From contig JBNKOC010000025.1 of assembly GCA_050294405.1 (NCBI GenBank), positions 1 through 64,000 on the forward strand: 64,000 nt of DNA, read 5' to 3'. Below are positions 19,228 through 28,051 of the stretch, one piece after another; position 1 is the first letter of the stretch, and each line of letters begins with the position of its first letter. The DNA comes from Fibrobacteria bacterium. Its GTDB lineage: Bacteria > Fibrobacterota > Fibrobacteria > UBA11236 > JADFYW01. A program made the translations under genes and the position numbers. The notes beneath the pieces were generated by a model, which was not told the origin of the DNA, did no database searches, and worked only from the letters and a program-made list of their open reading frames with translations.

Positions 19228-19845
19228 ATGTTTAAACGGATTCTCATAGCTTTTAGTTCTGTGGTTTTAACGGCCCTGTTAATTCTCTCTATACCTATGC
19301 TGAACTTCATTATTCAGGGAAGCGGGCAAAAAAAGGAATTGAAGCAAGTGGCTAAAATATCCGTTAAAAAAGTGGATATTAAAAAAATGGAAGAAAAGCC
19401 AAAGCGCAAACTAAACAAGCCCCAAAGATCAAAACCCAGCCGCAGTAAAATGGCCTCGGGACCTCGTTTCGCCATGGATTTGGGTGTGATGGGGATGGGC
19501 GGAGTGGCTTTGGATTTAAACAGGGTGCAGGGCAAAGGCGCTGCTGGTGGAGAAGATGGACAGGTGGATGAAAAACCCAGTCAAAATTTTCCTCCCAGTT
19601 TTAATATCCCTGGTAGGGTTAAAGAAGAGGAAATAAACAGTTTGGCTATTATTTCTTTTTGTGTGGATGCCGTTGGCCGGGCCTATGATATACAAGTGAT
19701 TCAGGAAGAACCTCCAGGCCTTGGCATGGGAGAGGCCGGCAGAGAAGCCATAAGAAAAGGCAGTTACCAACCTGCGGTTAAGGATGGAAGGCCAGTGCCT
19801 TTTTGCGGAATGGAGCAACCCTTTGAGGTAAAGTTTGAGGGTTAA
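19228..19845 (+). CDS. tonB: Energy transducer TonB
   Basis: N-terminal TM, Lys/Pro-rich linker, TonB-C-like end (YQPAVKDGRPV); position after exbD. Confidence 0.8.
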   Translation: MFKRILIAFSSVVLTALLILSIPMLNFIIQGSGQKKELKQVAKISVKKVDIKKMEEKPKRKLNKPQRSKPSRSKMASGPRFAMDLGVMGMGGVALDLNRVQGKGAAGGEDGQVDEKPSQNFPPSFNIPGRVKEEEINSLAIISFCVDAVGRAYDIQVIQEEPPGLGMGEAGREAIRKGSYQPAVKDGRPVPFCGMEQPFEVKFEG

Positions 19846-20930
19846 TGATGTACGTTAGACAAATAAGATTTTTCCTGGTTGGATTTTGCTTTTTGCTGTT
19901 GGCTTTTAATGTTTTTCCTCAGGAGGGGCTAATTCTGCAGCCCGGCAGCCAATTACTGGAAAGGGGAAATGAGCTTTACGAACGAGGCGATTTTAAAAAA
20001 GCCATTATCCTTTACAACCGGGCCTACGAACGCGGAGCCGATGGGGCAGCGACATCCTTTAACCTTGGGAACTGCTATTACCGGTTGGGCAATTATTCCA
20101 AGGCAGCGGCCTCTTTTAAAAAAGCCCTTCGCTACAGCCAGGGAAATAACATTTCTGCCCAGTTTAATTTGGCTGGCGTTTTGTTTCGCATGGGAGAATA
20201 TGGAGATGCCATCGCAGCATATGAAAGGGCCTTGCGACAGGATACGGAAAACTTGAGTGCCTGGTTATATCTGGCAGATGCCTATTCCAAAGTTGGAGAG
20301 CCTGTGTTGGCCCAGCGAGCTTTGGAAAAAGCCAGAGCATTGGATTCTTCCGATGTATCTGTTCTTTACCAATTGGCGGAAATACATGTTTCCCTAAAAG
20401 AATACGAAGCAGCCATTAAATTGATTTCAGATGCTTATTTTCAAAAACCCGAAGAAGTGGATTTTTTGTTCTACATAGGCGACCTCTATCGCATGCAGGG
20501 AAAATTGGATAATGCGGCCACCTATTACCGCAAAGGTCTTTCTATCAAAGGCGAAGATGTGGATGTCATTTATAAACTGGCGGATGTATTGGAAAGAGAT
20601 GGAAAAGCCTTTTTAGCCATGGAATATTTGCAGAAGGCTTTGGTTCTAAAAGATGATTTCACGGATGCGGCCATATTCTTGGGTAATTTGGCTTTTGATT
20701 TAAAATGGTGGGACAGGAGCGAACAGGCCTATTTGCATGCTTTGAAATACAAAAACAAAGAAGGTATAGAAGGCATTCGCAATATTGCCTATGAAAAAGT
20801 GGAAATGGACATGGTGAAAGAGGCTGTGGAGCTTTTGAAAGAGGCTTTAAAACTAGCTCCCGAAAGTAGCATTCTGGCTTTGGATTTGGAAAGTTACCAG
20901 AAAAGATTAATTCAAAATTCTCAGCCCTAA
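19845..20930 (+). CDS. Tetratricopeptide repeat protein
   Basis: Signal peptide and multiple TPRs (FNLGNCYYRLGNYSKAAASFKKAL). Confidence 0.9.
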   Translation: MMYVRQIRFFLVGFCFLLLAFNVFPQEGLILQPGSQLLERGNELYERGDFKKAIILYNRAYERGADGAATSFNLGNCYYRLGNYSKAAASFKKALRYSQGNNISAQFNLAGVLFRMGEYGDAIAAYERALRQDTENLSAWLYLADAYSKVGEPVLAQRALEKARALDSSDVSVLYQLAEIHVSLKEYEAAIKLISDAYFQKPEEVDFLFYIGDLYRMQGKLDNAATYYRKGLSIKGEDVDVIYKLADVLERDGKAFLAMEYLQKALVLKDDFTDAAIFLGNLAFDLKWWDRSEQAYLHALKYKNKEGIEGIRNIAYEKVEMDMVKEAVELLKEALKLAPESSILALDLESYQKRLIQNSQP

Positions 20931-21095
20931 TATTTTTTGAAAGGCTATTCAAAGATGGTTTCCCCTTTGCCCATCTTTAGATTTTGCTGGGGATGGCGTC
21001 TCTCTATTATTAAATTATTTAGATAAAGGGTAGGGTAGCCCTTTAATCGTTGAAATATTTTGACCCGAAATCCTTTAAGAATGGGATTATAGCTT

Positions 21096-22310
21096 TTGGA
21101 AATTTACGTAGCCAGACAGCCGATTTTTGATGCCAATCAAAATGTGGAAGCTTATGAGCTGCTTTTTCGCTCGGGAAAAGAAAATACCTACCCGGGAGTG
21201 GATGGGGATATGGCCACAGCCAAAATAATTTCCAACTCTTTCCAAACCGATGGGCTGGAAGATTTGACCAAAGGCAAAAAAGCTTATATCAATTTTACCC
21301 GCAAGCATTTAATTGACGAAGCGGCCACTTCCCTTCCCCCTTCAATGGTGGTGGTAGAAGTATTAGAAACAATAGAGCCTGAACAAGATGTAATTGATGC
21401 TTTAAAAAGGCTTAAAGAAAAAGGCTATACTATTGCCCTGGACGATTTTGTGTTTAATAAGAAATTTGAGCCGTTTATAAAATTAGCTGACATTATTAAA
21501 GTGGATTTTACTGTTTCCAAGCCTTTAGAGAGAAAGGAAATAGTGGAAAAATACAAACACACAAACATTAAATTTTTAGCGGAAAAAATCGAAAGCCATT
21601 ACGATTTTGAAGAGGCCAAATCTCTGGGTTACTCCCTTTTCCAGGGCTATTTTTTCTGCGAACCAGAGGTGATTCAGGGAAAAGATATTCCCGGTTACAA
21701 ATACAAATACCTGGATGTGCTGGCGGTTACAGCTTCAGCCAAATCCAGAAAAAACAATTTGTTTGCCCTTATTCGCTCCGATAAGCAGTTGGAACTTAGG
21801 TTTAATAACATCGTACAGGTTTTGTATAAAAGTAAAGTCCGCCAGTCCACTTCTCTGGAGGGCACTTTTAAAACCCTGCGTATTATGGATATTAAAAAAT
21901 GTTTATATGCGCTAGCGGTTTTTGTTTTGGGAAAAGACAGGCCAGAGGAATTGACCTTAAATGGCCTTATTCGCGCCAAGTTTAGCGAATATTTAAGCGG
22001 CGAACTTATGCAAAAATCCCGCAGCGATTACTTTTTTGAAATGGGTCTTTTTTCCATTTTAGATGTTCTTATTGGAAGGCCCATGGTGGATATCCTGGAG
22101 CGGGTTCCCCTTGAAAAAGAAATTAAGTCAGCCCTATTGGGTGAAGAAAATCTGCTCCGCAAAGCTTATGAAGTGGTTTTGTCCTACGAAAATGGCCAAT
22201 GGGACAGAATGGATAGGGCCACCAGTAAAATCAATTTAAGAGAAATCCAGTACCCCCGCTACTATCTAAAAGCAGTGGAATGGGCCAATCAGCTCATAAA
22301 GGCTAAATAA
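21096..22310 (+). CDS. EAL and HDOD domain protein (YuxH/PdeH-like c-di-GMP phosphodiesterase)
   Basis: ARQPIF, YELLFR, INF, IALDDF, KVD, AEKIE and FQGYFF, then an HDOD-like region (GLFSILDVL...IKSALLG). TTG start. Confidence 0.88.
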   Translation: MEIYVARQPIFDANQNVEAYELLFRSGKENTYPGVDGDMATAKIISNSFQTDGLEDLTKGKKAYINFTRKHLIDEAATSLPPSMVVVEVLETIEPEQDVIDALKRLKEKGYTIALDDFVFNKKFEPFIKLADIIKVDFTVSKPLERKEIVEKYKHTNIKFLAEKIESHYDFEEAKSLGYSLFQGYFFCEPEVIQGKDIPGYKYKYLDVLAVTASAKSRKNNLFALIRSDKQLELRFNNIVQVLYKSKVRQSTSLEGTFKTLRIMDIKKCLYALAVFVLGKDRPEELTLNGLIRAKFSEYLSGELMQKSRSDYFFEMGLFSILDVLIGRPMVDILERVPLEKEIKSALLGEENLLRKAYEVVLSYENGQWDRMDRATSKINLREIQYPRYYLKAVEWANQLIKAK

Positions 22311-22441
22311 GGCAGCTTCAGCCTGGCCTTTAAAAAAATAGCCATAAAAATTTTTCTTGAAGCTTGCTTGTTTCCTCATGCAGTGATAAAATTATTTTAA
22401 AACAACCGTTTCAATTAAAGATGAATTTAATGAGGAAAAAA

Positions 22442-22924
22442 ATGGCGAAAATTTCATTTGCACTGGTGGTATTATCCGTATTTCTGGCATGTGAAAAAAT
22501 CGAAACCCGCACCGAAAAATTTCCCAATGGAAATTTAAAAGCCCGCTATGAAGTGACTGTTAAAAAAGATGTGGTTACGAAAAATGGTGTGTACGAAGAG
22601 TTTTGGGAAAACAAGCGGCCTAAGTCCATTGTAAATTTTGTGGATAACAAACAACACGGCGTATATCGTTCCTATTATCAAAATGGAAAAATGGAATCGG
22701 AAATTTATTACATACACGGTGATTTACATGGAGAATCTCTGGAATGGTACGATAATGGCAAAAAGAAGCGTTCGGCCAAGTATAAAAATGGTAAATTAAA
22801 TGGAACACTTAAAACATGGGATTCTTCTGGAAGCGTAGTGGCAGAAGCAAAATTTTCACAAGGCAATTGCGAATTAGGCGATTGCGGAAAACTGGGGTAT
22901 AAAGTCCGTGTTAATGTTGATTGA
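22442..22924 (+). CDS. MORN-variant repeat (YwqK-like) lipoprotein
   Basis: Lipobox FLAC; repeats such as HGVYRSYYQNGK, HGESLEWYDNGK and NGTLKTWDSSG; GAGG RBS before ATG 22442. Confidence 0.8.
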   Translation: MAKISFALVVLSVFLACEKIETRTEKFPNGNLKARYEVTVKKDVVTKNGVYEEFWENKRPKSIVNFVDNKQHGVYRSYYQNGKMESEIYYIHGDLHGESLEWYDNGKKKRSAKYKNGKLNGTLKTWDSSGSVVAEAKFSQGNCELGDCGKLGYKVRVNVD

Positions 22925-23111
22925 TTTATTCTGGGGAACGGTAGATTCCCTGAATATGTTAATCATATGTTCGTTAATATTCGTTTCTTATTTCTGGATG
23001 CAGATTTCCATCTGGGGCTTTTGCCTGCTCTGCTTGAAATATTTAAAAGAACGGGATATTAAACTTCGCGAAGTGGCCACATTCGCCGAATTCCAAAAAC
23101 TTTTAATTTAG
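22914..23111 (+). CDS. Possible small membrane protein
   Basis: Fills the gap, overlaps the upstream stop and has one hydrophobic stretch. No homology recognised. Confidence 0.35.
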   Translation: MLIDLFWGTVDSLNMLIICSLIFVSYFWMQISIWGFCLLCLKYLKERDIKLREVATFAEFQKLLI

Positions 23112-23124
23112 GCTGTTTTTGGGC

Positions 23125-23862
23125 TTACTCCCCAATCCCCTCAATATCCTTCAGCAAATTTTTCACTCGTTTTAGATCCTGGCTTTCGTGCAAAAACAAA
23201 TGGGACTTAGCCATATCATTTAGCGATAGCCGTATATCTTTAAACAAGTCCGAAAGCTGGTAATACAAGTTGCCTAGGCTAAGGCTGTCTGCAATAGAAT
23301 GGTTACTGGCTTGGTTAAAATGCATGGCTCCCATGCTCTCGTAATATTCCACTCCGGGGGCGCCTTTGTGCTGCTGCCGCTTTTCTATGAGCTCCGAAAA
23401 CATACCAGTTAAATAAAGGGCGTAGTCCGCAGCTTGAGTTTGCAAATAGAATTTTTCGGTGTCGTTTGAGTCCACTAATTTTTGATGTATATCTGTAAAA
23501 TACATAACCGGGGTTTTGGGGTGATCTGGATTTGTAGGAAGGTTCAGACTTCCCAAAGAGGTTTGAGCCAGCAAAAAGGCCACATAATCAGAAAGTTCCC
23601 TGTCGTCCAGCTGGCTGGCTAAAAGGGCGTTTCGCACCATCACATAAAAATACAGGTAGGTGGAAATAAAAATGTTGTTGTGCCAGTCTTTAATGGCGGA
23701 AAAAATTTTTTTGTGATCTAAAATTTTATCCCGAATTTCGGGATCTCCCACAATCTGCTCAAAAAATTTTTTTTCTTTTTTTCCCGGGGATAAAACCTCC
23801 GCTAAAAATTCAAAATCTTTGAGAGTAAATTTATTTCGGCAATCAACTGTAGTAAGGCCCAT
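23125..23862 (-). CDS. Conserved hypothetical protein
   Basis: 245-aa ORF; DCRNKFTLKDFEF, LYFYVMVR, ADYALYLTGMF and GAPGVEYYE recall an uncharacterised family seen in PVC-group bacteria (from memory). Confidence 0.7.
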   Translation of the reverse strand: MGLTTVDCRNKFTLKDFEFLAEVLSPGKKEKKFFEQIVGDPEIRDKILDHKKIFSAIKDWHNNIFISTYLYFYVMVRNALLASQLDDRELSDYVAFLLAQTSLGSLNLPTNPDHPKTPVMYFTDIHQKLVDSNDTEKFYLQTQAADYALYLTGMFSELIEKRQQHKGAPGVEYYESMGAMHFNQASNHSIADSLSLGNLYYQLSDLFKDIRLSLNDMAKSHLFLHESQDLKRVKNLLKDIEGIGE

Positions 23863-23927
23863 ATAAAAATTGTATCAAGTCTTTAAAAAAATTTCCAACT
23901 ATGGATTCTAAATAGGGAAATATTGCG

Positions 23928-23954
23928 AAAAACAGGCCAAAATAAATTTGGCCT
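23928..23954 (-). terminator. Probable terminator after the NfuA gene
   Basis: aggccaaa/tttggcct stem followed by a T run on the minus strand. Confidence 0.55.
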
Positions 23955-23981
23955 AATTAAAAACTCAAATTTCTACAATTT

Positions 23982-24557
23982 TTATTGGGCCATTACCCGA
24001 ATGGCGGGATCCAAATCCCGTTTTAAGGTATTTTCGATAAATTGAAGGGTCCCGCCAGTGGCGCTGGGACAGCTGCCGCAGGCTCCCTGATAATGCACGG
24101 TTAACACATTATTTTCAAAATTTAACACTTCCAGACCTCCTCCATCGCCGGCAAGTCCGGGCCGAATACTTTTGTCCATAATGGAATTGATTTGGGCTAT
24201 TTGTTCTTCTTTGTTGAGGCTGCCAAAAGCATTGTTGCTAAGACCCTGAGGCCCTTTTAAATCCGAGGAGCTGAGGCCCTCCAAAGTGGAAACTAGCGTT
24301 TCTTCTAAAACATCAGCCACTGGGGGAATGAGGTCATCCCAGCTTTTTTTTGGATTTTTATTTATGGTGACCACATCCTGGATATAAAACACCGATTCTA
24401 CGCCCTCAATTTCAAAAAGGGCCCGGGCGGTTTCGTTGCCTTGGGCATCCTGGGGACGGGCAAAAGAAAGGGAGCCCTTCCCAATGACCCGGCAATCCAT
24501 ATGGAATTTTAAAGCCTGGGGATTTGGAGTTTCGGTTACTTTTAAGACTTTTGGCAT
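23982..24557 (-). CDS. nfuA: NifU/Nfu-type Fe-S cluster carrier
   Basis: Nfu N-terminal domain (ETPNPQALKF) and NifU-C domain (IRPGLAGDGGG...GACGSCPSA). Confidence 0.85.
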   Translation of the reverse strand: MPKVLKVTETPNPQALKFHMDCRVIGKGSLSFARPQDAQGNETARALFEIEGVESVFYIQDVVTINKNPKKSWDDLIPPVADVLEETLVSTLEGLSSSDLKGPQGLSNNAFGSLNKEEQIAQINSIMDKSIRPGLAGDGGGLEVLNFENNVLTVHYQGACGSCPSATGGTLQFIENTLKRDLDPAIRVMAQ

Positions 24558-24594
24558 AGCAGATTTTCGATAAATTTATATGAATATATTTAAT

Positions 24595-26988
24595 TTATCG
24601 ACTTATCCCCGCCCGCCAATCTTCTTTTCCATATTCGGGTGTTGCCTGCCTGCTTTTGTTTTTTACATCCATTCCGGGAAGTTCTGCAAAGGCCAAAACT
24701 TCTGTGGGGCAGCTGTGGACGCAGGAGGAGCAACGCACGCATTCCACATCGTTCATGGGAATGCCTTTGTTGGCGAAGTTCATAACATCAATACCCATGT
24801 GGCATACCTTGGTACAGGCATTGCAGCTAATGCATTTTTTCTTTTCCGCCACAATGCGGTATTTGGAAAAGCGGGTGTAAATGTGCATTAGGGCGGCCAG
24901 GGGGCAGCCATAGCGGCACCAAATTCGACCCCCCATAAAAAAATACACCCCAAGCCCCAAAACTCCCGCGAAAAAAACATCAATGGATAATTTGTAAAAC
25001 CCCTGTAATGTATCTGACAATAAGCTGGGTGGTAATTTTAAATGGTGTTCTGCAAATTTTAATCCGGTCACAACAAAAGCCCAGAGCAATACGAACTGCC
25101 CGATGTTTTCCAGTTTTTTTGCCGTGGGGCCGTGGGGTGATTTTTCGCGGTATTCATCACCCAAGGTTTCAGCCATGCCTCCGCAACTGCAAATCCAGCC
25201 GCAATAAGAGCCTTTGCCGTAGCGATAAACCAGATAAAATAAAATTCCAAAGGTTTGCACAAAGGGAAACCAGGTCCAAAATGTACTGGTGCCGAAGTTA
25301 GCCATAGAAAGGGGCCAGAATAGTATAAACCCAAAGCTGGACCATTTTCCGCTGGGAAACATCTCTCTAATTAAATAACTGTCGGCGCTAAAATTGGGGG
25401 CGATGAGGGCATCATATAAATGATAGGGCAGTAAAAAAAGAAAAAATACCTGAATAAAAATTAAGCTGGCCATTTGATAACGGATGTATTTGGTCTTTTT
25501 TACCAGTGCGCGCCTTATTCCAAACAAGGCCATGGTGGTGCAATAAAAAAGCGAGTAATAATAAGTTGGCTCGTATACCCAGCCCTTTTTTTGCCCGAGC
25601 ATAAAGTTAAAATAGATGTATGTATAACTTAAGGCGATGGCTGTTAAATAGCCGTATTTTATTTTTCCCCAGGTTGTGCCAAAGTATTTCTCTCTTTGTT
25701 TAAGCATTATAATGAGACTGGCAGCACCGGAAACAAGCCAAACAAGGCTTCCCAGCCAACCCAATACAAAATTGAGGTCGTCGTACCAACCATAACCTTT
25801 AAGGCTAAAAGAAAATTTATGGGAAAAAATCAGCGTAAAATAATTTCCCAGTTTTTCGCTGAAGCTGTTACCAGCAATAAGGTTGGCGGCGTAACCGGAC
25901 TTTCCAAAATACAACATGGTAAAAAAACTGAGCATAGCAATTAGGAAAATGGTCCAGCTGTAGTCTTTTTGATTTTGCATTTTAATTTTGCTGCGCTTGA
26001 AAAAGTTTAGCGGCAGCTCGCGACCAATGAGGCTGAAAACAACATGGTTCTCCAAATCCAGCTTGCCTTCTTTTGTCTTAAGGGTTACGCTTTTTTCTTG
26101 TATGGATTCCACTTGGCTGTTAAACAAGGGAATGATTTTTTTATCTGAAACAAGCTTGTTAAAAGCCTCCAGATTTTCAGGCTTGGGTCTTGAAAAAGTT
26201 TCTTTGCGGTAGCTGTGGTGGACGATGTTGTTGTTTTGCGCTAAGGCAATGGAAGCTTCCAGAGCGCTGTCGCCGCCTCCCACCACCAAAATTTTCTTCT
26301 CACTAAACTCCGAAGCGTCAAAGAGTTTGTCAAAAACTTTTGGCAAATCCTCTCCGGGAACTTTTAATTTACGGCTGCTCCCGCTTTTTCCTATACATAA
26401 TAAAATTTTAGAAGCGATGTATTCGTTATCCTTGGTTATCGCTTTTAGAACTCCTTTATGAGATTCAATTTGTTCCACTTTGGAATCGTTTACAATTTTT
26501 AAGGACTTGTTTTGAATTTGCTGGTTTAATTCTTCCAGAAGGCTTTCTTTTACCCCATCGGATATTTGTAAACCAGATTTTGACTGGTAATTGTCGGGTT
26601 TGGCAAGAATTAATTTTTTAGCAGGAAAATTTTTTATAGTGTTAAAAATTTGGGTGGATTCCAGTAAGGCATAATGAAGCCCCAATTTTTCGCATTCCAA
26701 GGCTGCGGAAATGCCCGCCGGGCCTGCTCCAATAATGAGCACATCATATTGCACGCTGCTTTTATCTTGCAGCTTGTTCTTTAAGTCCTGATGGATTTGC
26801 CGGATTACTTTAGCGCCGCCTTCTGCAGCTAATTTAAGGAGGGGAATTCCCGTTAAATCTCCTGCAATGTACAGGTTTTTTTGAGAACTTTCGTTCTTAT
26901 CGCTGATTTCGGGATAAACCTCAACGGGCCCTGTGGGAGCCTTAAATTGAAGCCAGCTGAAATAGGGGGTTAATACAGGTATTTTCAT
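24595..26988 (-). CDS. FAD/NAD(P)H oxidoreductase (YpdA/TrxR-like) fused to a NapH/MauN-like membrane polyferredoxin
   Basis: IIGAGPAG and VVGGGDSA Rossmann motifs; multiple TM helices; YCGWICSCG, WCRYGCP, CISCNACTKVC and CVRCSSCVHSCP. Start set at the ATG of MKIPV. Confidence 0.85.
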   Translation of the reverse strand: MKIPVLTPYFSWLQFKAPTGPVEVYPEISDKNESSQKNLYIAGDLTGIPLLKLAAEGGAKVIRQIHQDLKNKLQDKSSVQYDVLIIGAGPAGISAALECEKLGLHYALLESTQIFNTIKNFPAKKLILAKPDNYQSKSGLQISDGVKESLLEELNQQIQNKSLKIVNDSKVEQIESHKGVLKAITKDNEYIASKILLCIGKSGSSRKLKVPGEDLPKVFDKLFDASEFSEKKILVVGGGDSALEASIALAQNNNIVHHSYRKETFSRPKPENLEAFNKLVSDKKIIPLFNSQVESIQEKSVTLKTKEGKLDLENHVVFSLIGRELPLNFFKRSKIKMQNQKDYSWTIFLIAMLSFFTMLYFGKSGYAANLIAGNSFSEKLGNYFTLIFSHKFSFSLKGYGWYDDLNFVLGWLGSLVWLVSGAASLIIMLKQREKYFGTTWGKIKYGYLTAIALSYTYIYFNFMLGQKKGWVYEPTYYYSLFYCTTMALFGIRRALVKKTKYIRYQMASLIFIQVFFLFLLPYHLYDALIAPNFSADSYLIREMFPSGKWSSFGFILFWPLSMANFGTSTFWTWFPFVQTFGILFYLVYRYGKGSYCGWICSCGGMAETLGDEYREKSPHGPTAKKLENIGQFVLLWAFVVTGLKFAEHHLKLPPSLLSDTLQGFYKLSIDVFFAGVLGLGVYFFMGGRIWCRYGCPLAALMHIYTRFSKYRIVAEKKKCISCNACTKVCHMGIDVMNFANKGIPMNDVECVRCSSCVHSCPTEVLAFAELPGMDVKNKSRQATPEYGKEDWRAGISR

Positions 26989-27098
26989 AATGGATTTGTA
27001 GGAGTTAAAACTCAATTATTACAAATTATTTTCCTATGGGCTTAAATGCTGTCTTTTTTAGATTAATTTTTTGTAACGAGTTCTTTGAAGTCCAGACA

Positions 27099-27767
27099 AT
27101 GTCCATAGGTAAGAATAGCAGGGGGTCCATTTTTGAGGCCATTAATACTCCGGAATTCTTGAGTAGGTTAAAATCTCATGGTTCGGAAAAAAATCGGGCA
27201 TTTCGGGAACTGGTGCATATGACGCAAAAACCTCTCACATATTATATAAGGCGATATATTGCTTCTCCTGAAGAGGCTCAGGAAGTTTTGCAGGAAGTTT
27301 ATTTAGGAATTCACAAGAGCCTTTCTAAGTTTGAAGGAAAATCCAAGTTTAGCACCTGGGTGTACAGTTTAACTCATTACAAGGTGTGCGATAAAATTTC
27401 CGATAAGAGCTGGCAACACCAGGAATATCAGGATTACAATGAAAAAAAACTGGAGGAAATTAAGGGGGAAACCCATCTTTCCAAATCCTCGGCCTGGGAA
27501 ACAGATTCTCATAAATTATTAATGCTAAAAAACGTTCAACAAAAAATTCCCCTCGCGGTGGAAAATCTTTCAGCCTCTTTAAAAGAGGTTTATTTGCTTC
27601 GGGATGTGGAAGCCATAAGCAGCCAGGATACAGCCCAAATTTTGAATATTTCCGAGGAATCGGTAAGAGTGCGCTTACATCGCGCCAGAAACAGCATTGT
27701 GGAAATGCTTAAAAAAGACTTAATGGGAAGCTCCCCAACCTTCAAAGAACCGGAGCTTAAAAAGTGA
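27099..27767 (+). CDS. ECF RNA polymerase sigma factor
   Basis: EAQEVLQEV, FEGKSKFSTWVY and LRDVEAISSQDTAQILNISEESVRVRLHRAR. Exact start uncertain. Confidence 0.9.
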   Translation: MSIGKNSRGSIFEAINTPEFLSRLKSHGSEKNRAFRELVHMTQKPLTYYIRRYIASPEEAQEVLQEVYLGIHKSLSKFEGKSKFSTWVYSLTHYKVCDKISDKSWQHQEYQDYNEKKLEEIKGETHLSKSSAWETDSHKLLMLKNVQQKIPLAVENLSASLKEVYLLRDVEAISSQDTAQILNISEESVRVRLHRARNSIVEMLKKDLMGSSPTFKEPELKK

Positions 27768-28051
27768 GTAAATCATTTGGTCAAAAAATAATTCACAAGG
27801 TTATTATGGAATGTGAAGCTATTCCGAAATTTATATACCAGTACCTGGAAGGGGAACTTAACTTTTTAGTAAAAAGCCGATTTGACTTGCATTTAAAAAT
27901 GTGCAAAAACTGCCATGAGTATTTTCAAATGTATCGGGCAGCGGCCAATCCAGAAGAGTTTAAAAAAAATGTTCCACTCCCGGAGGAGTTGGAACAAAAA
28001 ACTCTGGACTTTTTAAAGAAAGAGGGGATTCTGGAAGAATCCCAAGATTAG
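27764..28051 (+). CDS. Soluble zinc-binding anti-sigma factor (zf-HC2/ZAS)
   Basis: MEC...YLEGEL...HLKMCKNC (HxxxCxxC); 4-nt overlap with the sigma gene; no TM helix. Confidence 0.88.
   Translation: MSKSFGQKIIHKVIMECEAIPKFIYQYLEGELNFLVKSRFDLHLKMCKNCHEYFQMYRAAANPEEFKKNVPLPEELEQKTLDFLKKEGILEESQD

Noticed and set aside
22442..22924. YwqK-type antitoxin of a toxin-antitoxin pair
   Set aside because: No toxin gene is adjacent; the repeat is generic and the protein is a lipoprotein.
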